In this document: positions 25,264-37,438 of the stretch, piece by piece | Layout: the number at the start of each line of letters is the position of its first letter | Numbering within the stretch: position 1 is the stretch's first letter | Assembly: GCA_964106915.2 (NCBI GenBank) | Contig: OZ066915.1 | Reading direction: 5' to 3' (one strand) | Source: Podarcis gaigeae | Lineage: Eukaryota | Length of the DNA: 64,000 nt | Made by a program: the position numbers and the translations under genes | The notes under the pieces: model-generated | What the model saw: only the letters and a program-made list of their open reading frames with translations | Database searches by the model: none | Told to the model about the DNA's origin: nothing

Positions 25264-25428
25264 CTTGGAGTCCATTTCAATCAAGAGTTTGTCAAGCATC
25301 TTTTGCCAATCTTGTTCTTGCCCAGCCATCTTGTTCAACAGCTCCTGCATCATCTTATGCAACTGCTCCGTGGTGGCATCGAACTGGCTACGGCTGACCT
25401 TCGCAGCAAGGGCAGCCTTATCTGCTTT
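25264..25428 (-). CDS. QRICH2: QRICH2 exon: KADKAALAAKVSRSQFDATTEQL...LLIEMDSK
   Basis: TTTTCCAG acceptor, AAG|GTAAGC donor, 165 nt. Hallmark DUF4795 motif KADK.AL..KVSR.QFDA. Confidence 0.95.
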
Positions 25429-25752
25429 CTGGAAAAGTAGGGGGAAAGATGGGGGCATATCTTTGGTCGGATCTGTATCGCAAAGATCACCCCCGCCCTT
25501 CCCATCAGTAGCTCTGAGTGTGCATGTCCAGAGAGCATCTCCCTCTAATCTATAAGGATGGCAAACACCAGAATCCCTGTTCAAACTACTAATGACTGCC
25601 CTGCAGGTTGGCTGCAGAGCTGGGAGCAGAATCCAGGCCCCATCTATTTCATACGCTAGCTCCCTCTGCAAGCAGAGCTTATGCAGGAGCACCAAGCCAT
25701 GGCTCGATGCGCATGGGACAACTGTGATGTGTTATCAAGTACAACTCCTCAC

Positions 25753-25827
25753 CACATCGATTTCCATCACAAGGCTGTCTTTGTCCGCCTTTACATTTTC
25801 TAGTCTCTCCAAGGACTTGAACAACAT
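25753..25827 (-). CDS. QRICH2: QRICH2 exon: MLFKSLERLENVKADKDSLVMEIDV
   Basis: TTTTTACAG acceptor, GTG|GTGAGG donor, 75 nt, phase 0 to 0. Confidence 0.92.
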
Positions 25828-26841
25828 CTGTAAAAAGCACAAAGCAAAATAATCAAAGGTGGTTACCCAGAGACTCACATTCCTACTCAGCAGGGCAGAG
25901 GAATCTGGTGCCCTTCAGATGTTTCCAACTTCATCTCCCATCAGTCCCAGGCAGCATGGCCTATGATCAGAGATGATGGGAGTTGTTTGTAGTCCAACAT
26001 CATCTGGAAGGCCACAGAGTTCTTCATTCCCACTACACTTTTATTTCAAATTATATATATATATATATTCATTTACTAACACATGTTCTGCAAGGTCTCA
26101 TTGTGTCCAAATACTGCAAATCACACAACTCTCATTCCAAAGTGAGCCATCTTGTGCTTCTATCTCATGAGTGATAACAGACTGTAGGCTAGTGTATTGA
26201 CAAAGCATGCTTTAGGTCAACTAGCTCAACATTTTGGGAATTGATACTGGGGATAGAGTTGGGGTGGGAGGACGCTCACTTGCCAAGAAGGGCAACAGGG
26301 TAATTTGATGGGGCCCCTGGCAACCCTACCAAAGTTTAGTGAACATCAGGTAGAACTCTTACCCACTTGTAAGAAAAAACAAAGTTGTTTTCAACAGCAG
26401 CAAGGAGCCAAGATACTGCACATCTTAGCATCACACCTTTTTCTTTGGATAATCTGGCTCGCAGCTACTTGGTGGCTTATTATACAGCTGGTTCTCCCAT
26501 GAGGGGTCTGGGTGGCAGGGAACACGATAGCCCCTGGAGAACAGGCTGCCCCCCCCCCCCGAATACCAAATGTTGGCACAGCTGCTGTAAGAGGTGATTT
26601 GCTGATGCTTATTGATTTGTAGCTGCTTGGACCAAATGCCAACAAACCCAGCTGGATATCCAGTACTGCTGCCACCGCTATAGTCTCATGGCCTCAGTCA
26701 CCTGCTTTGCACTTGCTTAAGCAGAGGGAGGAGAGCCAGCTGCTTCCCCCTGGAGGAAGCACCACCAAATCCTCATGAAGCAACAACACTGGGAATGTCC
26801 CATGTCATTTGACCCTCTAACCTGGCGTCAAGATCACCTAC

Positions 26842-26964
26842 ACTGATCTCCTTCTGCTTCTGGCGATGATCTTCTACAAGAGTGCCTGCAGTGGCGTTCA
26901 GCTTCTCACAGTCATCCTGAACTTGCAGGATGGTGCTTTGGATCTGGTTGAGCATCTCTTCATC
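26842..26964 (-). CDS. QRICH2: QRICH2 exon: DEEMLNQIQSTILQVQDDCEKLNATAGTLVEDHRQKQKEIS
   Basis: CAG acceptor, AGT|GTAGGT donor, 123 nt, phase 0 to 0; DUF4795 region. Confidence 0.92.
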
Positions 26965-27784
26965 CTGGTTGCAAAAGCAACAAAGTAATGAAAGCCAACA
27001 TTGACATGGGTCTCCTTAATTAAATCCCTCCCCAAGTGTGTTAATTCCCTTTCGTTTTGGTGCAATGCGTATTTTATCTACATTGGATCAGAACTACAGC
27101 CTGAAGATGACAGTACACCATCAAGCAAAAACTTTGTACTTAGGAGCAGACACCCGTGGGTTCTGCCTTTGCATGTGTCTCCTCTCTGGATGGAAACACG
27201 TGTGTTGTTCTCACCCCTGCACCTAGTTATCATTGATGTTGCACTGTACTTCCATTCTGCCCCTAGGTGCTGATATTAATGCACTTTCAGCATACAAAAG
27301 CAAGCACAAATCCTGGCACTTTGTTACAGAGCACAAAGAACAAAAAGATGCCATATGAGAAAACAGAATCACAAAAAAGCCATGGACATAACCATTATCT
27401 ATGGTACAGTGGCTTGTTCAATCCTTCTTAATTCCTTGCTTATGTTACCTAGGACAAGAATCTCTCTATCCCACTTTGGAGGATGGGAGAGGGATTCAGA
27501 GATCCCGTCTCTAGGGATGGGCAGGATAATAAATGATATGAATAATGCCGTCTGAGGACAGCAGGTTGACTCATGCATTTGGAGAACCCTTCTACAATTC
27601 TGTAGCTTCTGCTTCCAAGCCTCAGTGTCCTGCAGCTTCCCACCACGTAACTCCCAAAATGAGCCTTCTTTAGGCCTTACCACTAAGTCTCAGATCAGGC
27701 CTCAGCATCCACACAGAGCCCCCTGAACTCCTCCCTCTGCCCTCCTCCTGGAAACCTGAGGTCACGTTCTTGCGCCGGCCTTAC

Positions 27785-28033
27785 CTGGCGGTGCTTGGGT
27801 TTCTTGGCTAGTTTGCCTTCTGCCTGCCTTAACATGAAGTTGTTAATCAAGTCCTGCAGCTGCTCATAGCGCTTGAACAGCTGGCTAACCTTCTCACTGA
27901 CATCTAAGCTGCAAGCTGCACATGTGCTCTGGACCTGCGCCACCCCAGGCTCCGGGGTAGGTGGCATGCTCATGGACAGCAGCGTGGACGAGGAAGCCAT
28001 CATGTTCTCTATGACACCTCTAAGCTTGTCTAA
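27785..28033 (-). CDS. QRICH2: QRICH2 exon: LDKLRGVIENMMASSSTLLSMSM...CAACSLDVSEKVSQLFKRYEQLQD...KHRQ
   Basis: CAG acceptor, CAG|GTAAGG donor, 249 nt, phase 0 to 0. Strong similarity to the recalled QRICH2 CxACSLDVS...RYEQLQD motif. Confidence 0.92.
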
Positions 28034-28989
28034 CTGTGGGCAAGGGAGAGAAGGAGGAGTCCAGCTTTAGACAAGGGAGTCAGACAAAATGTTTCCTATC
28101 TTCCACAGAACTGGGGTCGAGTGCGGGTGGCGGCAGCTATATCGTGCTGCTCTAATTGGCCCACTCCATTGTCTCTCAAGACAGATGGACACCAACAACA
28201 ATTTATTACATTATTTTCAGGCAGGAGCAGGCAGGGTTTGGCCACGCAACCATAATGCCAAGAATCCCAGTGGCACCTTAAGAGATAAAAGTTTCTAGAG
28301 CTCATGACTAGAGATGGGGTGGAAGTTTTAGAAAGCAGGGTCTGCTAAACTCTCACGGACCAATATGGACATGACATATACCCTAGAAGCCAAAGTTTCT
28401 ATTCACTCTGGAAGGGAAGCTTTCATTGGTGTCAGTAGGAGCTCTTCCACACACAGAGTTAATAGCAAGATTTGTGAAAATGATTTTTGTTAGGACTATG
28501 GGGGTTTGTAAGAGTTAAGCCAATCTTCTGCACATTCTGCAGTCCAATGAAAATTGGTCCTTGCCCCCTTGCAATTTGAACAGATGCATTTAGCGCAATC
28601 TCTGGTTTAGCTCTCAGGCTGGCTGTCAAGGGGAGCGGATGGAGGTTTCGGTGGCCAAGGAGTGGCACTTATTTCACCATGTGCCGGTTCACTGCCCAAC
28701 ACAGGACATTTTACAGTCCCCTCCCTTTCCCCCTGCCTCTACACAGTCGCTCACAAATATCTCTTACTGCCAAGGGCATTTGCCTGGGATTTCTGTGCCA
28801 CTGTTGATGCCATTTTAGTTAACACGGACCCCTTTAGGATCAGGCTGTAGCTACACTGCCACCCTTCTGCACTTCACTCATTCCCATCTGGTGTGGCTCA
28901 TGGCAAAGTTGCATCTGTTTACAAATGGGTATCGTAAAGGTGTCAGAAACGTGAGGCCCTTGGCTTCTGCAGCTGCTCTGAAGCTCCCT

Positions 28990-29320
28990 GAGAATGCATG
29001 GCAGGAGTGGGTTCCCTGGGGAGTGCAGCAGGAACCTGCCCAAAGATCTCCTTCTGAAGCCCTTCCCTGGGTATTCCTGACTTTAGAAGTGAGGCTGGGG
29101 GAAAGGGCTTTTTCGTGGTGGCACCCCACTGTGGAATGCTTGCTCCACCGAGGATCTATTCCTGCTGAACCTTTCTGTTCCCCAAGCAAATACCGTTTTA
29201 CTAGTCCATGCCTCTTCAATCTGCTTAATGCAGTGGATGTTTTAGTAATTATTTGGTAACCTTTTTACAGTTTCATTGTTGCAATCGCTAATTGGAAGCA
29301 ACCCGGGGCATTTTAGCACC
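28990..29320 (+). mobile_element. Degraded L2-like LINE 3' fragment
   Basis: AGGGCTTTTTCGTGGTGGCACCCCACTGTGGAAT (RAFS..AP.LWN-type motif) followed by a T-rich tail. Confidence 0.45.
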
Positions 29321-30751
29321 TTGCCCTTCAGTTTTCAAAGTAACTCAGGTTGTCTTAAGCCAACAGCGTGAAATGTAGGGAGCACCACTGGGTCTGAGCT
29401 CCCACAGCTTCCTCAAATGTGGAAGTGTTCAGGAGCAGACAGAGGCTTAGAGAACCCCATTTCTCTTTGGGGAAAACCTCCTTTGGGATTTGGCCTGTTG
29501 ACGACATGGTTCCTCCATCACTTTATTTGGGAATTCCCACATTTGGGCTTGCATAGATGATTTAGGGGATGCTTGGTGGCGGAGGGGGGGACAAATGAAC
29601 TAATCTCATCACCTTTGATGCTGAATGGTCAAAAGTCACGCTTCTCATCTGACTGTCAGAGGGAAGCCAATAAGAGGTTATGGGTGGGTAGGACTTCCCT
29701 TACAAATCCACAAAAACAGCAGAAAGTGAGCATTCCAAAAAACTAAGCTGGATGGCCATGGGAAAGAAACAGGGTTACCATTGGGGGAGAGGAACAGGAC
29801 AGTGTGGCCTCCTTCTCTATACCTCTAGAAGAGGTTCGGTATGTGGGAAACAGCAGGTGATGCTTTACACAACATGGAGCCAAAGATTAATACCTGCTCA
29901 TAGCTGCAAAACAAATGGCTGTTAAAAGCAGAAAGCCACAGGGGCCGGTTCAAAACACTGGCAGCTCCAGAACAAAAGGCCCTGCAAGGCAGCAGGAAAG
30001 CAAGGCAACCAGAGTCTGCCCCACTGAGCAGAAGCAGCCAGAGCTTGAGTCAGCCTCCCTTATCTGGAGCATTAGGAAGAGAGCTTTTCATTAAAAATAA
30101 AAACAGGCAGCTGTCCGTGTACCAACTGTGGGGTTCCTGCAGGGACATGTATCCTAAGCCAGCCCAGAGAACTCTCAGCTACTTATCTACTTGTAAAAGT
30201 GGAATCAGTCCTCCCAAATTAGATCAAAACTGTTCCTAGGGTTGTGGGCTTCCCCACATCACAGCAGGGCATGCTTATTAAATCGAGGACAGCATCATTG
30301 CAAACTCCTGCTTAGCAAACCCAATGACACAGCTGAACCCAACAGTACAAGAAAGTTACAATTTTAGGAGTGTACTTCTTCAGGGTAAGCTGAAGAAGCA
30401 TGTCTGGCAAGCTGATCACTGGCAAGGGATTCTTACTCCCTCTTTACTGTTACTCCTCCTGGCTAACTACAAGGTGGCTGTCAGCTTAAGGAGTCAGCAG
30501 AAGAACTTAGACCAATCTTCTTTCCTAGAATTTCCAAGCAGATTTGGCCCTGTCTGGCTCTTGCCTTAGAAAGCCTCATGCTTTTCTTCTCACTGTGAAA
30601 GAGCCACCTCTACAGAGCCTTTGCAAAGCACATATGTTTCAAGAGGAGATCTGACAGGCAAGGGACCTGAAACCAAACTAATGGCCAGGGGAAACCATGT
30701 GACTGATTCTTGCCAGCCAGGAAGAAAGACCTCACATTTCCACTCGCTGAC

Positions 30752-30866
30752 CTGTTCTTGCAGGTAGATGGCAGTGTCGGTCACTGACTGCTCCAGCTTG
30801 GCTTTCCCCGTATCCTGCTTGTTTCTGAGCTCCTTTAGCTCTTTCTCTATATCCTGCACTGTTGCT
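30752..30866 (-). CDS. QRICH2: QRICH2 exon: ATVQDIEKELKELRNKQDTGKAKLEQSVTDTAIYLQEQ
   Basis: CAG acceptor, CAG|GTCAGC donor, 115 nt, phase 2 to 0. Coiled-coil sequence similar to recalled human QRICH2. Confidence 0.9.
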
Positions 30867-32289
30867 CTGTACCGCAAAGCCAACAACAATAGAGAGGAGT
30901 TACTCACCAAACAGGAAAAAGAAAGTCGTTTTTGGAGTGTGGGTCTCTAGGAAATCAGAAACACAACACAGTTCTGGGGTAAACTGGGGTCACTGAAACT
31001 AGACCACAACCAACTCCCTAAATGCACCTTCTTGGCCTGCTTTCGAGAGTAGGGGGTTTGCTTTGGCATATTTATTTGTAATCAAGTCACATTGTACTGC
31101 AAAATGCCTCAACAATATGTGAAATCATCCTGGCAATTTGACTTCTAGCTACTTTTTTCCAGAAATGTAGAATCAATTTGAGGAAGACAGACCACTTGCA
31201 GGGGCCTTCATGGCTGTGAATTAGAGAACTTTAAGTTTGGGGGTGTGGAGCTTAAAATATCTCTTTCTAAGGTTTACAAATGACAACTGTCTCCTAGGAA
31301 TGCCAGGTGTTTTTTATGGCAATTGTCCCTTAGAAAACTGCAAGTTCACTCTCCACATTCTACTTGTTCTGTTTGTAGTTTTTGTAGTTGTTATCTTATT
31401 GCATTGTGAAAAACTTTTAATACTTTTAAAAATTAACATGAGAAAACTGTGAGTACAATAGAACATAAAAGATGTTCCATATTTCAAAACACGGCGAATC
31501 CATCAAAATTTATAAGAGTCACAATATATCTACACAGTGTTCCTTCTTTCAGAGATTCTGACCCAGGAGTGCTGGGCTCCTCAGCACATTCACACTTACA
31601 ATAAGAGGCATGGGGGCCATTTCCCACACAATTGTAATTAAGCTCCTGACGAGAGGAACAATATGGACCGAGTCCATCATTTGAGTCCTTCCTTCCTTCC
31701 TTGCTGGCACCCAAGGGCTAGATGCAGACACTGCCAAACCATAACTGAGTCATCCTAGTTACATGTGGGGGCAGAGTGAAGTGAGGTGATCGTTTTTCCT
31801 GCCCTCAGAAGGTGCCAGTCAATAAAACAAAGGAAGCCCCAAAAACAATGAAGTCACATCACACTTCCTCACACCCAGAGACATACTATTGGAGGGACTG
31901 CATGTCAGTAGCATCCATGATCTTCTCACAAGCACTCATATGCTGACAACTCACAGCACTCTTAGCAAACTACAACCCCCATGATTCCTTGGGAGAAGCC
32001 TGCCACTACGGTTAAAGTGGTATACTGGTGCTTTAAATGTATGGTGTGCTTTTACAGGAGGGATGCCAGAAGTGGAAAAGGGGCTTCCACGCTGACCTCT
32101 GCCAAGCCTCAGCTCCATCTACTGGGTCCAGTCTTAAGCAGCTGCTTAGGCCTCCCTATCTCCCCACACATGATTTATTTGGGGGATGCAAGACCTTTCT
32201 GTGGTGTACCCACACCTTTTAAGAGTTTGGCCTTGTCACAATATCTCTCAAAACTCATTTCTGCACATTCACATTTTATAATTATTTTA

Positions 32290-32364
32290 TAACTAACTAA
32301 CTATAACTATAACTATAACTATAACTATAACTATAACTATAACTATATATATATATATATATAT
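32290..32364. repeat. Compound (TAACTA)n/(TA)n microsatellite
   Basis: Read directly from the sequence. Confidence 0.95.
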
Positions 32365-32452
32365 GGCAGCATAAAAATGTTTTAAGTAATTTCTAACTAT
32401 GTTACAAATTAACGGGTTTGGGTGGTTGTGATTGAAATCTCTTCTGTGTGTA

Positions 32453-32794
32453 AAGGTAAAGGGTCCATTAGGTCCGGTTGTGGCCGACTTTGGGGTTGTG
32501 GCACTCATCTCACTTTATTGGCCAAGGGAGCCGGTGTACAGGTTCCAGGTCATGTGGCCAGCATGACTAAGCCACTTCCGGCGAACCAGAGCAGCACACC
32601 GAAACGCCGTTTACCTTCCCGCTGGAGTGGTACCTATTTATCTACTTGCACTTTGATGTGCTTTCGAACTGCTAGGTTGGCAGGAGCAGAGACTGTGCAA
32701 CAGGAGCTCACCCTGTCGCGGGATTCAAACCGCCAACCTTCTGATCGGCAAGTCCTAGGCTGTGTGGCTTAACCCACAGCGCCACCCGCATCCC
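32453..32794 (-). mobile_element. Sauria SINE
   Basis: tRNA-derived head with A/B boxes, (ACCTTT)-type tail, 13-bp TSD TCTTCTGTGTGTA (32440-32452 and 32796-32808). Confidence 0.9.
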
Positions 32795-33365
32795 TTCTTC
32801 TGTGTGTACATTGGTGCTATAAAGCGAAGGAGCTACTTTGCCAACCTTCTGCCTTCCAGATGTTGCTGGACTATGACCCCCATCGTTGGAAGTTGATCAT
32901 TGGCCATTCTAGCTGGGGCTAGTGGAAGTTATAGTCCAAAACATCTGGAGGGCACCAGGTCTGAAAAAGCTGCTCCACACACAGAGTTTTCTATTTAATC
33001 TGCCTGGGGGGAAAGAATACTGATGACATTCCAAAATATGATTGAAAAAAATTCAGTTGAATTCTTCTTCTTTTTTTTTTAGTGTGTATATGCTAGAAAG
33101 CCAGTGAAATTTCAAACCATTTCTAATTTTCACTGAGGAATTCTTTGTGGCATCTTATTTCAGCTGCACTTTTGAGAAAGACCACTCAACTTCCATGGAA
33201 CTATTAACTGGTAAAGATCCCATTCGGGCTTCCCACTGTATGTAACTCCACAATTAAGCTGGTTGTGGTGACACCAAACATGGTAGGCCAATGTTTTAGC
33301 TGATAAGACTGAGACTGGACTCGCCTACTAGGTTGCTTCCTTCAGTATAGTGGCTACTTATTTAC

Positions 33366-33463
33366 CTCAGAAAACCTATCTGCATGTTGATCTGACCAGC
33401 TCCTTCCAGTTTGTCATCTGTTTCTGCCAGCTCTCCTTCAAGTACATTCTGGATCTTGTTTAA
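33366..33463 (-). CDS. QRICH2: QRICH2 exon: LNKIQNVLEGELAETDDKLEGAGQINMQIGFL(R)
   Basis: TTCTAG acceptor, GAG|GTAAAT donor, 98 nt, phase 0 to 2. Confidence 0.85.
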
Positions 33464-34559
33464 CTAGAATCACAATTGGGGTAGGGGGATCAAAAGCCAT
33501 ACTTGCCTTGAAGAACTTTGGTCATGAAACACTAATTTTCCTTTATGGAAAGTCCCTGGGAGAAAGGGGCACATCCTCACCTCCCCGTGTTGTAAACAAT
33601 AGATAGTTTACATCCACATATATCAGAGCTAAGGTTCAGTTCTAGAGATTAAGAAAGTGCTTCCTATGAGGAATGTTAAACTGATTCATTGGTAACTGGA
33701 GCATCATCATGATTCACAACACTGGGGTTGTACTGGCTGAGTTTCAAGTTTAGAGTCACAAAATCAGGCTGAAGATTAACCACCACCCATAATATCTCAA
33801 ATAAAACAGAGCACGTCTTTTAAAGACCCTTAAAGACACCTCAACAACAGCAACAAAAAGTAAACTGTATGACTACATTGTGAATATACTGAAAAGGTTA
33901 TATGTTTCTTAAATGAAGATCTTGAGCAATAGTAATGTTGTAAAGGGAAAATAGTAGAGCGATGAATTCCCCTGTTAAAGGAACTAAGAATTACAAAAAA
34001 AGGAGAGAAAGCTTAAGCTTGACATTGGGAATACTGTCATCATATTCAGGAAAAAAGGGGGGCAATTATAATTAAATAACAATCCCCTCTAACAATCCTG
34101 AAGGCAGATTTATTTTCAGCACATGTTTACTGCTACAACCAAGCAAAACTAGACCCTGAGCAATTGACAAAGCGTCAGCAGGAGACTCAAGGAAATGACA
34201 ACAGCAGGATGCAGGATCAAACTAAGCCTGGTGAAGTTAGGTGGTACACCACTGAGCTTCAAGCAGCTAGTGCAAATTCTATTTTAAATTGCAGTTTGCA
34301 GAAGCACAGAAAAAAAACACACTAAAGTGCGTCTCACTGATCTCATCCATGGTAGGAATTGTGAGCACCTGGTACCTCCTGTAGCTAACAAACATCACTG
34401 TAATTCAGAAATGATGAATTGCAGGAAATCAGAAATATAAAATCATTTCTACAAGTTCTGCTGTCAAAGTAGCATGCAAACCAGCTTACAGTTCTCAAAA
34501 TCTCAGCTTTCAATTTAAGTGGCTTGGATTTCTGATACTCAGAAGCTTGTTTCAAGTAG

Positions 34560-34690
34560 TAGGGCAGGCATCTCCAAACTTGGCCCGCCAGATGTTTTGG
34601 GACTACAATTCCCATCAACCCTGACCTGTTAGCTAGGGATGATGGGAGTTGTAGTCCCAAAACATCTGGAGGGCTGGGTTTGGGGGTGCT
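34560..34690. mobile_element. Short hairpin MITE, same family as 7220
   Basis: CCAGATGTTTTGGGACTACAATTCCCATCA...TGATGGGAGTTGTAGTCCCAAAACATCTGG palindrome. Confidence 0.75.
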
Positions 34691-34961
34691 TGTCAATGGT
34701 GGTCAATTGACTGCGCAACTTCAAGAAAGTCCCCCCCACACACACCTTGGTGTTTAGGAAGTTGGTCAAAATATATTCCATTCATAACGCTTTAAAGGTT
34801 GAGTGCTGATACAATGAACTTTATGTTTTGGATATGTTTTGATGGCTTCTAAGAACAGGATGCTTCTTGGGACTGGGCAAATTACCTCTTATATGAAAAC
34901 CTGATTGAAAACATTCTTGCTGCAAATAAGGCAGCATAGTTTCTCCCTGACAGTCCCCTAC

Positions 34962-35056
34962 CTTCTCTTTCTCAGTTTTCATGTCTTCTTCCATGGCCTG
35001 GAGTGCAGCAAGCTTTTCAGGAAGATCAGGTGGGATGAGAGCAATGTTCCGGTAAA
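34962..35056 (-). CDS. QRICH2: QRICH2 exon: (L)YRNIALIPPDLPEKLAALQAMEEDMKTEKEK
   Basis: TAG acceptor, AAG|GTAGGG donor, 95 nt, phase 1 to 0, fits both neighbours. Confidence 0.85.
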
Positions 35057-35403
35057 CTATCCAGCAAAAACACAGTAGAATTATAAATATATACAAGTGA
35101 GCCATCAGGTGACAAAACATTGTAGGGCCCAATTCAGGGCTCCAGTCAAACAGCCATGCCCTCTGTAGGGATGGTCCATCCCATCCCCCCCACTTCTTTA
35201 GGGACAGTCCATTCCAACTGCATTGAACAGTATCAGTGCACACTGTTTTGGGGGTTTCAGTTTTTGTTGTTGTTGTTGCAAACTTTGGGGTCCCCCCCCT
35301 CTCCCCACAAACAAGCCTATAGCTCCCTCTTGTGGGTGGATGATGCCAGTTTAGTTAAATAAGATTCAGCACTCACAGAACGAAAGTTCGCTGTTAGTAC
35401 ATA

Positions 35404-35644
35404 CAGTTGTCCCTTGGTTCTCGAATGCCTTGGTACTCATCTGTTTTGGCTCCCGAACACCACAAACCCGGAATAAGTGTTCTGGTTTGCAAATGTTTTT
35501 TAGAAGCCGAACGTCTGACGCAGCTTCCGATTGAGTGCAGGAAGCTCCTGCAGCCAATGGGAAGCCGAGCCTTGGTTTTCTAATGTTTTTGGAAGTCAAA
35601 TGGACTTCCAGAATGGATTACATTCGGGAACCAAGGTATGACTG
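35404..35644. mobile_element. Tc1/mariner-superfamily MITE, second family
   Basis: Imperfect TIR CAGTTGTCCCTTGGTTC...GAACCAAGGTATGACTG with TA TSD. Confidence 0.75.
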
Positions 35645-36042
35645 TATACAAGTAGGAATTAAAACATGGAAAGCTCCTGTTCCAGCCAAGCTACCTTCCA
35701 GATTACTCAATGCTTCTCCATTTAGCCTCCCTGCAGTGTGCCCACTGAACATGCTCATTACTCATATGGATGGGTGACCTTTGACCCTCCAGACATTATG
35801 CCCATCATCACTGGCCATACTGCCCAAGAAATGCTGCCAGGAAACGTCCAAAAGGTTGCATGCTCCTGGTTAGCTCTAACCCCCAAATCAACCCTCCAAA
35901 CATTTGGGTGGGCTTACATTTTTAGATTTTCCTTCCCAGAAAAAAATGGTTGCCCAACCTGTTGGAAATTTGCCGAAGCAGGTTCCAGATATGTGCCATT
36001 TAAAACAGAAACCCAGAAAACCGATACACACGTGATACATAC

Positions 36043-37438
36043 GTGCATCTGTGAGGAAGTCTTGCAGCCTGCGGAGATCGGCGTAGCCACACTTGAATTG
36101 ATCTAGGAGGCTGATCTGGTCTCGCAGAGCATAGTACAAGTCCGTCAGCTGAGCGAGAGACCGCAGGGCATCCACAGTCTCAGAGTAGCGGGCTGGGGCC
36201 AAAGTGGAGCCAGACTCGGACAGTGGCATGGGGGTTGGGGCGGAGAGCAGCGGAGATGCTGGAGGTGTAGCTCCAAGGACAGGCCCAGGGGGCAATACAA
36301 GCTGCATTCCAGGCTGCGCACCAGCCCCCTCACCAGGCTGGTAACCAAGAGGACTGGGCCAAAGAATCCCAGGCTGACCAAGGTACCCAGCTTGGGCATC
36401 AGGAGAACCAGGATAGAATGGAGGGGGTCCGGGAAATCCAGTTTGTATCCATGGAATGACAGCGCCTCCAGGGAAGGCTTCACCAGGCTGGGCGCCAAGG
36501 ACTCCAGGATAGGCTCCGGGATAGGCTCCGGCATAGGGTGCCAGGCCTCCAGGATAGGCTGTTTCATCTCCAGGTGCGCCAGGCTGGGCCCCAGGTGCTC
36601 CAGGTAGAGCCCCAGGTGCCCCAGGGTATGCCCCGGCTGCTCCAGGGTATGGAGCTTGGGCTCCAGGTGCACCAGGCTGGGCTCCAGGAGCCCCAGGATA
36701 GGCCCCAGGTGCTCCGGGATAGGGTGCTTGGGCTCCAGGGGCTCCGGGATAGGCCCCGGGTGCCCCAGGGTAGGGTGCTTGGGTTCCAGGTGCACCAGGC
36801 TGGGCTCCAGGAGCACCAGGCTGGGCTCCAGGAGCACCAGGCTGGGCTCCAGGAGCCCCAGGATAGGCCCCAGGTGCTCCAGGATAAGCCCCAGGTGCTC
36901 CAGGATAGGCTGCTTGGGCTCCAGGGGCTCCGGGATAGGCTCCAGGAGCACCAGGATAGGCCCCAGGTGCCCCAGGGTAGGGTGCTCCAGGATAGGCCCC
37001 GGGTGCCCCAGGATAGGGTGCTTGGGCTCCAGGGGCTCCGGGATAGGCCCCAGGAGCCCCAGGATAGGGTGCTCCAGGATAGGCCCCGGGTGCCCCAGGA
37101 TAGGGTGCTTGGGCTCCAGGGGCTCCGGGATAGGCCCCAGGAGCCCCAGGATAGGGTGCTTGGGCTCCAGGGGCTCCAGGATAGGCCCCAGGTGCCCCGG
37201 GATAGGGTGCCTGGGCCCCAGGAGCTCCTGGCTGGGTCCCTGGAGCACCAGCAACACCAGGCTGGCCTGGCTGAGCTCCAGGAATGCCTGCTGGAGCACT
37301 TCTTGGAGCCCCTGGTGCACCAGCTGGTGTTCCTTCTCTTCTGTGAGTGCCAGGCAAAGTTCCTGGAGATCCAGGAGTGGCTCTGCTTTCTGGAGAGGTC
37401 GCAGAATCAGTTGGAGAGTGTTGGACTGGACTTGTCAC
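36043..37438 (-). CDS. QRICH2: QRICH2 large repeat exon (1396 nt): VTSPVQ...([17 protein letters not shown])n...[10 protein letters not shown]
   Basis: Acceptor TTTCTAG|GTG (phase 0), donor GCAC|GTATGT (phase 1). Uninterrupted ORF in the position of the giant repeat exon of mammalian QRICH2. Confidence 0.88.

Noticed and set aside
36490-37330. Galectin-3, elastin or collagen gene
   Set aside because: No carbohydrate-recognition domain exons, signal peptide or sustained Gly-X-Y register here. The exon is embedded in the QRICH2 exon chain.
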